Of a DNA stretch of 64,000 nucleotides, positions 29,648 to 38,928 are shown one piece after another. Where the stretch lies: positions 4,064,001 to 4,128,000 of the forward strand of contig OZ220089.1 in NCBI GenBank assembly GCA_964291625.2, in the 5' to 3' direction. A program made the translations under genes and the position numbers. The stretch's first letter is position 1; every line of letters starts with the position of its first letter. The stretch comes from Candidatus Latescibacterota bacterium (GTDB lineage Bacteria; Latescibacterota; UBA2968; UBA8231). A model generated the notes under the pieces. It was not told where the DNA came from. It did no database searches and saw only the letters and a program-made list of their open reading frames with translations.

Positions 29648-31027
29648 TTGGCCGGCCGCTCCTGCGACCTCGTCGTCATCGGCGCCGGCCCCGGCGGCTA
29701 TGTGGCCGCGGCGAGGGCCGCCGACCTGGGCATGAAGGTCGTCTGCGTCGACCGCGGCTGGCTCGGGGGGACCTGCCTGCAGGCCGGCTGCATACCGAGC
29801 AAGGCCCTGCTGGAGGCCAGCCACCGTTGGGCGGAGTTGAGGGACGGCCTCGACGACCACGGCATCCTCGCCGGCGACCTGCGCCTCGACCTGGCGCAGA
29901 TGATGAAGCACAAGCAGGGCATCGTCGGCCGCATGACCAAGGGCGTGGCCAGCCTCTTCAAGAGCAAGGGCGTCGAGTACGTGGAAGGCGAGGCCCGTCT
30001 CGCGGCGGCCGGACGGGTCTCGGTGGAAGGCGCCGGGGAGATCGAGGCCGCCCGGGTGCTGATCGCCACCGGGTCCTCGCCCGCGGAGCTGCCCGACCTG
30101 CCCTTCGACGGTCAGCGGATCCTCGGCTCCGAGGAGGCCCTCTCCCTCGATGCCGTGCCCGAGCGGCTGGCCGTCATCGGCGCCGGCGCCATCGGCCTGG
30201 AGATGGGCTCGGTCTGGAGCCGCCTCGGAGCCGCCGTGGAGGTGGTCGAGTACCTCGATGTTGTGCTGCCCGGCGCCGACGGCGAGGTCTCCAGGCAGCT
30301 GGAGCGCACCCTCAAGCGCCAGGGCCTGAAGTTCCACCTGTCGACGCGGACCACCGGGGCCGAGGCCGGCGACGGCGGGGTGCGCCTGCACCTGGCGTCG
30401 AGGGAGGACGAGAAGCCTTCAACCGTCGAGTGCGACCGCGTCCTCGTGGCCGTGGGCCGCCGGCCGCACACGGAGGGCCTCGGTCTCGAGGAGGCCGGCG
30501 TCGACCGCGACCGTTCCGGCTTCGTCACCGTCGACGAGGACTACCGCACCAGCGTCGACGGGATCTACGCCATAGGCGACGTCACACCCGGACCGATGCT
30601 GGCCCACAAGGCCGAGGCCGAAGGTGTGGCCGCCGTGGAGCGCATGGCCGGCATGGGATCGAGCGTCAACTACGGGGCCATCCCCAACGTCGTCTACACC
30701 CACCCCGAGGTCGCCTCCGTGGGCCTCACCGAGGAGCAGGCAGGCGAAGCCGGCCACGAGGTGAAGACCGGACGCCATTCCTTCCGCGCCAATGCCCGGG
30801 CCCACACCATGAACGCCCCCGAGGGCTTCGCCAAGGTCGTGGCCGAGGCCGGCAGCGACCGCCTGCTGGGCGTGCACATCCTCGGCGCCCAGGCTTCGCA
30901 CCTGATCGCGGAAGCGGTGGTGGCGTTGGAGTTCGAGGCCAGCGCCGAGGACCTGGCGCGCACGGTGCACGCCCATCCGAGTTTGTCGGAAGTGGTGAAG
31001 GAGGCCGCGGCGGCGGTGAGTCACTGA
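29648..31027 (+). CDS. lpdA: Dihydrolipoamide dehydrogenase (E3)
   Basis: GAGPGGY, GGTCLQAGCIPSK, MLAHKA, HAHPSLSE. Confidence 0.97.
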   Translation: MAGRSCDLVVIGAGPGGYVAAARAADLGMKVVCVDRGWLGGTCLQAGCIPSKALLEASHRWAELRDGLDDHGILAGDLRLDLAQMMKHKQGIVGRMTKGVASLFKSKGVEYVEGEARLAAAGRVSVEGAGEIEAARVLIATGSSPAELPDLPFDGQRILGSEEALSLDAVPERLAVIGAGAIGLEMGSVWSRLGAAVEVVEYLDVVLPGADGEVSRQLERTLKRQGLKFHLSTRTTGAEAGDGGVRLHLASREDEKPSTVECDRVLVAVGRRPHTEGLGLEEAGVDRDRSGFVTVDEDYRTSVDGIYAIGDVTPGPMLAHKAEAEGVAAVERMAGMGSSVNYGAIPNVVYTHPEVASVGLTEEQAGEAGHEVKTGRHSFRANARAHTMNAPEGFAKVVAEAGSDRLLGVHILGAQASHLIAEAVVALEFEASAEDLARTVHAHPSLSEVVKEAAAAVSH

Positions 31028-31048
31028 AGGATTGACAGGGGAGATCGA

Positions 31049-31633
31049 ATGTCACGACAATGCCATCGCCGAAGGAAATACCCAGCCGACGCGGGAGTAC
31101 CAAGGGAGACCCCTTTGTCCTCTTTTTGTCCTCTTGTCGGGTTCATCGCATTCGCGAGCTTGCTGATCCCCGCCACGACTGTGTTTGGGACGGAGCCTCC
31201 CAGCCAGCGCGTTGGATTCGTAGCCGGGTCGACCTATGGAGTCGGCCTGAGCTACAGCCGTCAGAACCACACGACGGGCGTTTCCTGGCAGGTCTCGGGA
31301 TTCCCGATGTGGCTCGAAGAGGATCGCCTTCTGTATGGTGGGTTCACCCTCTTCAAGACTCTCCACCAGGGCCACGGAGATGGCCTGTTCCGTCTGTTCC
31401 TCTCTGGAGGGGGCGCGGTATACTACAGCTGGCACGAAGACTACCCGGAAGACGACGAGAGCCTCTCCATCATGTTCGGACCTGGCGTAGGGTTGGAGCT
31501 GCGCCTTGGGCCCTTTGATGTCTCCGCGGGTTTGCCCATCGCGATGGTACTTACGGACGACAAGTCAAACAGAGAGACCAGATTCGAGATTGTCCCCTAC
31601 ATTCCCAATGTGGCGTGCTTCTACAGGTGGTAG
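31049..31633 (+). CDS. Hypothetical exported protein, probable small outer-membrane beta-barrel
   Basis: Hydrophobic signal segment, alternating beta strands, terminal aromatic residue (ACFYRW). True start probably downstream of 31049. Confidence 0.6.
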   Translation: MSRQCHRRRKYPADAGVPRETPLSSFCPLVGFIAFASLLIPATTVFGTEPPSQRVGFVAGSTYGVGLSYSRQNHTTGVSWQVSGFPMWLEEDRLLYGGFTLFKTLHQGHGDGLFRLFLSGGGAVYYSWHEDYPEDDESLSIMFGPGVGLELRLGPFDVSAGLPIAMVLTDDKSNRETRFEIVPYIPNVACFYRW

Positions 31634-31671
31634 GCCTCAACCCCCCATCCCCCAAGCAGGGAGCAAGAACC

Positions 31672-32184
31672 ATGCAGAGCAGGCTGTTTGCATGTGCCGG
31701 CCGGATCGCGATGGCGTGTGCAGTCCTGGGAACGTTCGGATGCGCGACCATCCTCACGGGCACCTCGACTCCGGTAAGCATCAACTCGAGTCCGGGCAGT
31801 GCCAAGGTGGAGATCGAGAGGTTGGATGGAGTTCCCATCGAGCAGGGCCTGACGCCCATGACTGCCACGCTGGCCAAGGGCAAGGAGTACAAGGTCACCA
31901 TCAGCCTTGACGGCTATGAAGCCGAAACCGTTCAGGTCCTGAAGGGCGGCCTTGAAGGCGCCGTATTCGCCAACCTGCTCTGTGGCGGGATTCCGGGTTT
32001 GCTGATCGACGGAATGGGCGGCGCCATGTACAAGCTTGAACCGAACAGCATCAATGTGATGCTCAAGCAGGTCACGGCCCAGGAAGGGGAAGGGTCTGTC
32101 CTCTATGCCTTCCTCACCGTAGTCGACGAGGACGGCCGGCCGCAGCATGGCGCGGTGGAGATGGCGCCGGTTGCCGCCGACTGA
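31672..32184 (+). CDS. PEGA-domain lipoprotein
   Basis: Lipobox TFGC-ATIL; INSSPGSAKV...GLTP...YKVTISLDGY; GLLIDGMGGAMY. Confidence 0.8.
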   Translation: MQSRLFACAGRIAMACAVLGTFGCATILTGTSTPVSINSSPGSAKVEIERLDGVPIEQGLTPMTATLAKGKEYKVTISLDGYEAETVQVLKGGLEGAVFANLLCGGIPGLLIDGMGGAMYKLEPNSINVMLKQVTAQEGEGSVLYAFLTVVDEDGRPQHGAVEMAPVAAD

Positions 32185-32265
32185 CCGCTTCCCGGAAGCG
32201 GATCGCAGGGGACCCTTCCTGTTCCTGTGATCCGTTTCTCCTGTTCTCCAGGCTGAGCCGGCGCC

Positions 32266-32736
32266 TTGTACCCACGAGGGCTGTTTTCCGGGCGGTCGGT
32301 GCTGGCAGGCGCCTTCATCAGCCTGTTGCTTTCCGCCTTCCCTGCCGGTGCCGCGGACGGGCAGGTCCCAGAAATCGAAGTCCCATGGGAGCCGGAGGAC
32401 TTGCCTGCAGCGGATCCTGCTCGCCTTCAGCGTCCACCTCCCGCCCTGCTCAAGTCGCTGGCCCCTCCGGCCATTCGATTCTACCGGCGGCACATAGCGA
32501 CCCAATCGACCGAGCGCTGTCCCTTCCACATTTCGTGCTCCCACTTCGCCGAGAAGGCCGTGGAGCGATTCGGCCTTCTTCGGGGGGTCGCTCTGTTCAT
32601 CGACCGGCACTACTTCCGTGAACATCCTGGCGCGGTGCACCTGTACCCGCTGCGCGAAACCTGGCGGAACAATCGAATCAGGCTGAAGCTGGACGATTCC
32701 TTCTTCCTGTCCGGGAAACGCGACCTTGCAGAGTAG
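32266..32736 (+). CDS. YidD-like (haemolytic domain) protein with signal peptide
   Basis: IRFYRRHI...RCPFHISCSHFAEKAVERFGLLRG; N-terminal hydrophobic stretch ending PAGA. Confidence 0.75.
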   Translation: MYPRGLFSGRSVLAGAFISLLLSAFPAGAADGQVPEIEVPWEPEDLPAADPARLQRPPPALLKSLAPPAIRFYRRHIATQSTERCPFHISCSHFAEKAVERFGLLRGVALFIDRHYFREHPGAVHLYPLRETWRNNRIRLKLDDSFFLSGKRDLAE

Positions 32737-33631
32737 AGTGCTGACTCGCATCGTGCTGCTGTCCCTTCCCGGTGCTCTGTCCGGGGAGAGCGCCGTATCC
32801 AGCGACGAGCTGCTCGGGTACGCCGACAACCTCCTGTCTCAGCGCGACTATTACCGCGGCATCTCCGTGCTCAAGGAGGTGGCTCACTTTTCGGAGGATC
32901 CGGAGACGAAGGCCCTGTGCGTCTTCAAGATCGGCGAGGCTTACCAGAAGAGCAGGAAGTACAAATCCGCGGTGGGATACCTGGAGCGCTACGTCGCCGA
33001 TGCTCACGCCGATACCCTTCTCTACCGGGCGCAGATGTACCTGGGCGCGAGCCGGCTGCGACTCGAACGGCACCATCAGGCCGTCGAGAGCTTCCTGCAG
33101 GCCGAGAGCATGGCAAAGGACGGGACGGGGCTGGTGTGGGCAGCGTACAGCAACGCTGAGCGGGGTGATTTCGCGGCGGCCACCGACCTCCTCCAGTCCA
33201 TCATCCGCGAGCGTGAAGGAGACGCCGTGGCCCTCGGCACACGGGAGATCCTGCGAGAGTTCGGCTCATACAGAGGCTCCAGACAGAGTGCCCGGATCGC
33301 TTCGACTCTCTCCGCACTCTGCCCAGGTCTGGGCCAGCTGTATGTCCGCCACTACTACGATGCGGCCCAGGCATTCGTCCTGGTCAACAGCTTTGCCTAC
33401 ATGACCTATGCGAGCTACCGTCTCGGCGATCTGGGCGAGCAAAGCCATCTGGTGACCGCTCTCAGCGCCGCGGTGACGGGCATGTTCCACTATGCCAACA
33501 TACTTGGGGCCGGCCGTACGGCGGCGTACAGGAATCAGCGCCAGCTCGATCACTCCCTGGAGCGGATACGCTTCCTGATCCACAACCGACTTGGTTTCGC
33601 TCCGGGCCTGGGATTCGGGTTCGCTCTATAG
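32726..33631 (+). CDS. TPR protein with C-terminal TM2-like membrane domain
   Basis: Helical TPR-like repeats, then LSALCPGLGQLYV and two hydrophobic segments. Confidence 0.72.
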   Translation: MQSRVLTRIVLLSLPGALSGESAVSSDELLGYADNLLSQRDYYRGISVLKEVAHFSEDPETKALCVFKIGEAYQKSRKYKSAVGYLERYVADAHADTLLYRAQMYLGASRLRLERHHQAVESFLQAESMAKDGTGLVWAAYSNAERGDFAAATDLLQSIIREREGDAVALGTREILREFGSYRGSRQSARIASTLSALCPGLGQLYVRHYYDAAQAFVLVNSFAYMTYASYRLGDLGEQSHLVTALSAAVTGMFHYANILGAGRTAAYRNQRQLDHSLERIRFLIHNRLGFAPGLGFGFAL

Positions 33632-33653
33632 GCATGGAATGCGACGTGCAGAG

Positions 33654-34061
33654 ATGAAGAAACCCCTGCTGATCGCCTTGACGGTGATCCTCCACTCCTG
33701 CGCCGACCTGACCACGAGCACGGACATGGTCTTCGATTCCGCCCCCGGAGGGCCGGCGACCTTCGAGCGGGTGCAGGCGACGGTCTTCGACGTCTCCTGC
33801 GCCTCCAGCGGCTGCCACGGGGGCAGCGCCTGGCCCGATCTGTCCGCCGGCAAGGCGCACGGCAACATCGTCAACATCGAGAGCACCCAGGGTTTCCCGC
33901 TGGTGTACCCGGGCCTCCCGGACAGCAGCTACCTGTATCTCAAGCTGTTGCCGGATGCGCCGATCTCCGGCGGGCGCATGCCCCTCGGCGGGCCGTACCT
34001 GGATGCGGCCTCCCTCGAGATCGTGCGCGCCTGGATCGAGAGGGGAGCCCCGGCCGACTGA
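33654..34061 (+). CDS. Lipoprotein, putative monoheme c-type cytochrome (CxxxxCH)
   Basis: Lipobox LHSC; CASSGCHG; LVYPGLPDSSYLY; RMP distal Met; WIERGA. Confidence 0.75.
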   Translation: MKKPLLIALTVILHSCADLTTSTDMVFDSAPGGPATFERVQATVFDVSCASSGCHGGSAWPDLSAGKAHGNIVNIESTQGFPLVYPGLPDSSYLYLKLLPDAPISGGRMPLGGPYLDAASLEIVRAWIERGAPAD

Positions 34062-34102
34062 GGCCGGCCGTCGCTGGCTGGCCGCACACGGGGATCACTT
34101 TC

Positions 34103-34684
34103 ATGCGCGGGCTTCTTGCTTTCCTGTTCTGCCTTCCTGCCGCGGTCGAGGGGGGAGAGTGGCACGTGGACAGGAAGGCCCGGGGGAACCAGGTTGAGTA
34201 TACCTCGAGCGTGGCCTCCTTCACCTTCTCCGGGAAGACCGACCAGATCGACGGGTTCCTCTACTGGGAAGGGGACTCCCTCTCGGTGGAGAAGAGCCAG
34301 CTCCACTTCGAGGTGAACCTGGCAAGCTTCGACAGCGGCATCGGCAAGCGGGACCGCGACATGCGCGAGGTCCTCGACACCGACCAGTGGCCGAAGGCGG
34401 TGTACCGGGGGGAGATCACCGAGTTGGCCGCCGTCGACACGTCGGTGACCGCCTTCCGCGCAAGGACCCGGGGCACCCTGTCCCTGCACGGCGTCGAACG
34501 GGAGATCGGAGTGCCCGGTCTCATCGTGATGCAGGAGGAGCGCTCCAGGGTCGAGGCCGCCTTCTCGCTGAAGCTGGCCGACTACGGCATCGAGGCCCCC
34601 TCCCTGGCCGCCTTCGTCAAGGTGAGCCAGGAGATCGACCTGGAGGTCTCGGTCTCCCTTGCCGAACCGGAGGTGAACGAATGA
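34103..34684 (+). CDS. YceI family protein
   Basis: SFDSGIGKRDRDM, GTLSLHGV, LADYGI. Confidence 0.9.
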   Translation: MRGLLAFLFCLPAAVEGGEWHVDRKARGNQVEYTSSVASFTFSGKTDQIDGFLYWEGDSLSVEKSQLHFEVNLASFDSGIGKRDRDMREVLDTDQWPKAVYRGEITELAAVDTSVTAFRARTRGTLSLHGVEREIGVPGLIVMQEERSRVEAAFSLKLADYGIEAPSLAAFVKVSQEIDLEVSVSLAEPEVNE

Positions 34685-35550
34685 GACTGCGGGTTCCACG
34701 CCTGGCGGCCGTCCTCGGGCTCCTACCGGTCCTGGCCGGCGCCCAGCCCACGTGGCAGGTGAGCATGTCTTCGGGGACGCGTGTCGAGCTGTTCCGCGCC
34801 CTCGTCACGCCCAACCATCCCACCACCGAAACCCTCTACCGGGGCACCTTCCACTACGAGATCTCCCATCGCTTCGTGCCGCCCATCGACAGAGGCTACA
34901 AGGCCAACTTCGGCTTCGACGGGCCGGCCAACATCCGCACCTCCGTCAGCTACGGGATCAGCGGCCGCATGATGCTGACCCTGGGGCGGAGCAACGTGCT
35001 GGACAACTACGATCTGCAGCTTCGCTACCGGTGGCTGCAGTTCCGCCACGATCGTTTCCCCGCCGTCCTCGCCCTGAACGCCGGCGCCGCCTGGAACACG
35101 GAGATGCCGGCCGTCGTCGACCGGCGGGCGCTGGCGGCCGGCAACTTCCAGTACTACGGCCAGCTCGTCCTCAACACGATGGTGGACGACAGGCTGGGCC
35201 TGGGCCTGGTGCCTTCCTGCGTCTACAACAGCGCCATCTTCAGCGTCGATCCCCAGTACACCGTCACCCTGGGCACCTACGTCCAGTACCTCTTCAACCA
35301 CGCCTGGGGAGTCCTGGTGGAGTACAGCCCCGCCCTGGCGGGCTACCAGGGCATCCTGTCGCCGGGCGAGAGCGGGCGCTCCCATCACTCGCTGGCCTGG
35401 GGTCTCTCCCTCGATACGGGCGGGCACACCTTCTACCTCATCGCCACCAACAACACGCGCCTCAGTCCGTCGCAGTTTCTCGTGGGCGCCCCTTACGACG
35501 CCGCGCCGGACAACTGGCGCACCGGCTTCGGCATCACCCGGTTCCTTTAG
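34681..35550 (+). CDS. DUF5777 family outer-membrane beta-barrel
   Basis: ISHRF, FGFDGPANIR, DTGGHTFYL..TN, GFGITRF terminus. Confidence 0.82.
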   Translation: MRLRVPRLAAVLGLLPVLAGAQPTWQVSMSSGTRVELFRALVTPNHPTTETLYRGTFHYEISHRFVPPIDRGYKANFGFDGPANIRTSVSYGISGRMMLTLGRSNVLDNYDLQLRYRWLQFRHDRFPAVLALNAGAAWNTEMPAVVDRRALAAGNFQYYGQLVLNTMVDDRLGLGLVPSCVYNSAIFSVDPQYTVTLGTYVQYLFNHAWGVLVEYSPALAGYQGILSPGESGRSHHSLAWGLSLDTGGHTFYLIATNNTRLSPSQFLVGAPYDAAPDNWRTGFGITRFL

Positions 35551-35559
35551 GAGGAATCA

Positions 35560-35985
35560 TTGCTGAGACACGCCTTCGTCCTCGGTGGCTGCATCTCCGC
35601 CCTTGTCGGTTGCGCAACCGACAAGCTGCTCACGCCCGATGAACTCGACGAGATCCTCACCGTCGAGAGCGTCGCCTTCGAACCCAGGGGCGAGGTGATC
35701 AGTGCCGAAGGCTCGGTCGATCTGAGCCTGTTCTTCGGCAAGCTCACTCGCTGCACGGTGCTCGTGCGCAATGCGGGCGACGACTTCGACAGCGATGAAG
35801 GCGTCAAGATGACGATCATCGTCTTCGATGCCGAGGGCCGGGCCCTGGACTCGGCCAGCACCACGGAGTACGGCATCCTCGGCAATGGACGCGCCACTCT
35901 GTTCGAGGTCGGACTCGAACCACCGCATGATCAGATCGACGAAGACAGGTACGAGGTCAACTTCGAGAGCAGGCGGAAAGATTGA
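35560..35985 (+). CDS. Hypothetical lipoprotein
   Basis: Lipobox LVGC; RBS GAGGA; TTG start. Confidence 0.7.
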   Translation: MLRHAFVLGGCISALVGCATDKLLTPDELDEILTVESVAFEPRGEVISAEGSVDLSLFFGKLTRCTVLVRNAGDDFDSDEGVKMTIIVFDAEGRALDSASTTEYGILGNGRATLFEVGLEPPHDQIDEDRYEVNFESRRKD

Positions 35986-36040
35986 ACGGCGCCTTTCGTG
36001 TCCCTTGACAGAGGAAGATCCTTCCTCTTTCCTTGGGGGC

Positions 36041-36129
36041 AGTCGGCCGGCCGCATAGCGGCGTGACGCCGTCAATCGAGGCGGGGCCGGTCACTCAGAG
36101 GGCCCGGGACAACTCCCGGGCCCTTTTTT
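36041..36129 (+). ncRNA. Candidate structured small RNA or attenuator (possibly Acido-Lenti-1-like)
   Basis: TTGACA at 36005; closing stem GGCCGGCC(36045)/GGCCGGTC(36092) with internal hairpins; followed by an intrinsic terminator. The family name is from memory and unverified. Confidence 0.5.
36099..36129 (+). terminator. Intrinsic terminator
   Basis: GGGCCCGGGA-CAAC-TCCCGGGCCC followed by TTTTTT. Confidence 0.9.
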
Positions 36130-36210
36130 CATGTACAGCCTGTCGGCATGGAGTGGCGCGTTTCCCTCGGAGCGAGGCAGCCGTAACTTAGCGGCGCAGG
36201 AGGACTGCCC

Positions 36211-36738
36211 ATGGCCAACGCGGTGATCGTCGTCGACATGCAGAAGGGCTTCATGGAGCCCGGAGGCACCCTGTTCTGCGGTGAGGGAGCGCGGGAGATC
36301 ATCCCGCCCCTGCGCGCCCGGGTCGAGTCCGAGAAGGCTGCCGGCGCGGCCCTGTTCTTCACCCAGGACACGCACGAGCCCGACGACGCCGAGTTCAAGA
36401 TGTTTCCGCCCCACTGCGTCGCGGGCTCGGGCGAGGAGGAGATCATCGACGAGCTCGCCGACCTGGCCTCCGAAGCGAGGCGGGTGGTCAAGCGCCGCTA
36501 CTCCGCGTTCTTCGAGACCGACCTGGCCGAGCAGCTTGAACAGCTGAGCCCCGAGCGGGTGGTGGTCATGGGGGACTGCACCGACATCTGCGTGCTGCAC
36601 ACGGTGGCGGGCTTGCGCAACCGCGACTACGAGGTCGAGGTGCCCGCCGACTGCGTGGCCAGCTTCGATCCCAAGCAGCACGAGTGGGCCCTGGATCACA
36701 TGGAGAAGATCCTCGGCGCCCGCGTCACCAACCGCTGA
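36211..36738 (+). CDS. pncA: Nicotinamidase (isochorismatase family)
   Basis: VVDMQKGF, DTHEPDD, FPPHC, KRRYSAF, GDCTDIC; adjacent to NAPRTase. Confidence 0.88.
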   Translation: MANAVIVVDMQKGFMEPGGTLFCGEGAREIIPPLRARVESEKAAGAALFFTQDTHEPDDAEFKMFPPHCVAGSGEEEIIDELADLASEARRVVKRRYSAFFETDLAEQLEQLSPERVVVMGDCTDICVLHTVAGLRNRDYEVEVPADCVASFDPKQHEWALDHMEKILGARVTNR

Positions 36739-36740
36739 CC

Positions 36741-37754
36741 ATGCCGGCCGCCCCTCCGGCGTTGGAGCCGTCTCCGGCGACGCTCGCGGGAGAGAACGCC
36801 GATGTCTATTTCCTGCGTTCCCGGCAGGTCCTCGAAGCGGAGGGCCGGGACCCGGCGGCCGTGATCGAGGTCTTCGCCCGCCGGCGGGCGCTGCTGTGCG
36901 GCATGCGCGAGGTGGAGGCCCTGCTGCGGCGGGCCCTGGCAGGAGCCCCTGCGGCTTCGGTGGAGCGCCTGCCCGAGGGCCGCTGGTTCGAGCCGGGAGA
37001 GGTGGTGCTGCGCGTAGCCGGTCCCTACCGCGCCTTCGGTCTCTACGAGACGGCGCTCCTCGGCGCGCTGGCCAGCGAGACGGGCTGGGCCACGGCGGCG
37101 GCGGCCTGCGTGGCCGAGGCCGGGGGCGTGCCCGTGGTCCACTTCGGGGCCCGCCACGTCCATCCCGACGTCAGCCCCCGCCTGGAGTACGCCGCCGTCG
37201 TCGGCGGCTGCAGCGGCTGCGCCACGCCGGCGGGCGCCGCCCTCTCGGGGCTGGAGGCGACGGGCACCCTGCCCCACGCCCTGGTGCTGCTCTTCGGGGA
37301 CACCCTCGAGGCGGCCCTCGCCTTCGACCGGCACATCGATCCGGCGGTGGGGCGCACCATTCTGGTGGACACCTTCCTCGACGAGGCCGAGGAGAGCGCC
37401 CGGGTCGCCGGGGCCATGGGGGAGCGCCTGTGGGCGGTGCGTCTCGACACGCCGTCCGAGCTCGGCGGGGTCACGCCGGAGCTGGTGGGCCGGGTGCGGT
37501 CCCGCCTCGACGCCGGCGGCCACCGGGAGGTGAGGATCCTGGTCTCCGGGGGCATCACTCCCGAGCGCATCCGCGCCTTCCGGGAGGAGGGCGCGCCGGT
37601 GGACGGGTACGGCGTGGGCAGTGCCATCAGCGGCGCCCCGGCCGTAGACTTCACCGCCGACGTGAAGGAGGTGGACGGCGTCCCCGTGGCCAAGCGCGGA
37701 CGGCGCCCCGGCCGAACCGACAATCCACGGCTCGAGACGCTCGAGCTGACATGA
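36741..37754 (+). CDS. pncB: Nicotinate phosphoribosyltransferase
   Basis: ADVYF, FGARHVHP, GTLPHAL, LVDTF, VRLDTP, VSGG, YGVGS, VAKRG. Confidence 0.92.
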   Translation: MPAAPPALEPSPATLAGENADVYFLRSRQVLEAEGRDPAAVIEVFARRRALLCGMREVEALLRRALAGAPAASVERLPEGRWFEPGEVVLRVAGPYRAFGLYETALLGALASETGWATAAAACVAEAGGVPVVHFGARHVHPDVSPRLEYAAVVGGCSGCATPAGAALSGLEATGTLPHALVLLFGDTLEAALAFDRHIDPAVGRTILVDTFLDEAEESARVAGAMGERLWAVRLDTPSELGGVTPELVGRVRSRLDAGGHREVRILVSGGITPERIRAFREEGAPVDGYGVGSAISGAPAVDFTADVKEVDGVPVAKRGRRPGRTDNPRLETLELT

Positions 37755-37770
37755 GACAGGAGGATTCGAG

Positions 37771-38910
37771 ATGAGCAAGGTCTACGACTTCGGCGGCGGC
37801 TGCACGAACCCCGAGACCTTTCCCGTGGCCGAGCTGGCCGAGGCCGCGGCCCGGGGGATCTCCGGCGTGGGGGAGGGCTTCACGCTCTACCCCGGCGACC
37901 TGGGACATCCCGGTCTGCGCGAGGTCATGGCGGCCCGGGAATCGGACCGCGAGGGGATCGAGGTATCGCCCGACCACATCTCCCTGATGAACGGCTCCAT
38001 GCAGGCGGTGACCCTGGTGGCCGAGGCCCTCACCGGCGCCGGCGAGGACGTGGTCGTCTGCGAGGAGCTGACCTACTCGGGCACGATCGGCGCCTACCGC
38101 CGCCTCGGCCTGCGCCTGGAGGGCGTCGCCCTCGACGAAGAGGGCATGCGCGCCGACGCCCTCGACGACAAGCTCGGCGAGCTGGAGCGGGCCGGCACGC
38201 CGGCGCGCTTCGTCTACGCCCTTCCCACCTACCAGAACCCCACGGGGGCGGTCATGCCGAGGGCCCGCCGCCTGGAGCTGATCGAGGTGGCCCGCCGCCG
38301 CGGCGTGCCCCTGGTGGAGGACAACTGCTACGGCGACGTCCACTTCGAGGGGCCGAAGCCGCCCGCCCTCTATGCTCTCGATCCGGAGGCCGACCACATC
38401 TACATCTGCTCCCTCTCCAAGATCCTGGGCCCCGGCGTGCGCATGGGCTACATCCTGGCGAGGCCGCCGATGCTGCAGCGCGTTCTCGACCGGCGCTACG
38501 ACGGCGGCAACAGCCTGCTGGCCGCGTCGGTGCTGGCCGAGTTCTTCCGCGGCCGGCTCTGGGAGCACTGCGAGCGCACCAACGCCGCCCTCAAGCGGAA
38601 GCGGGACGACGTCTTCTCCGGCCTGCAGGAGAGCGTCGGCGACATCTGCACGTGGTCGCGGCCCGTGGGGGGGCTGTTCATCTGGGTGCGGCTCCCCGGC
38701 GACATCGACCTCGACCGCCTGCAGGAGCTGGCCGACGAGCGCGGGGTCCGCTTCGCCCGCGGGCGCGGCTTCCACGTGCGCGGCGAGGACGTGCCGAACA
38801 TCCGGCTGGCCTTCGGACAGGCGCCGGCCGACAGCGTCCGCGAGGGCATCCTGCGGCTGGGCGAGTGCATCCGCGCCGCCCGGCGCTCCGAGGCGGTGGC
38901 CGCCGGTTAG
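37771..38910 (+). CDS. PLP-dependent aminotransferase class I/II (LysN/MocR-like)
   Basis: PTYQNPTG, VEDNCYG, SLSKILGPGVRMG, PVGGLFIW, IRLAF. Confidence 0.92.
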   Translation: MSKVYDFGGGCTNPETFPVAELAEAAARGISGVGEGFTLYPGDLGHPGLREVMAARESDREGIEVSPDHISLMNGSMQAVTLVAEALTGAGEDVVVCEELTYSGTIGAYRRLGLRLEGVALDEEGMRADALDDKLGELERAGTPARFVYALPTYQNPTGAVMPRARRLELIEVARRRGVPLVEDNCYGDVHFEGPKPPALYALDPEADHIYICSLSKILGPGVRMGYILARPPMLQRVLDRRYDGGNSLLAASVLAEFFRGRLWEHCERTNAALKRKRDDVFSGLQESVGDICTWSRPVGGLFIWVRLPGDIDLDRLQELADERGVRFARGRGFHVRGEDVPNIRLAFGQAPADSVREGILRLGECIRAARRSEAVAAG

Positions 38911-38928
38911 GCGGACCGGCCGCGGCAC

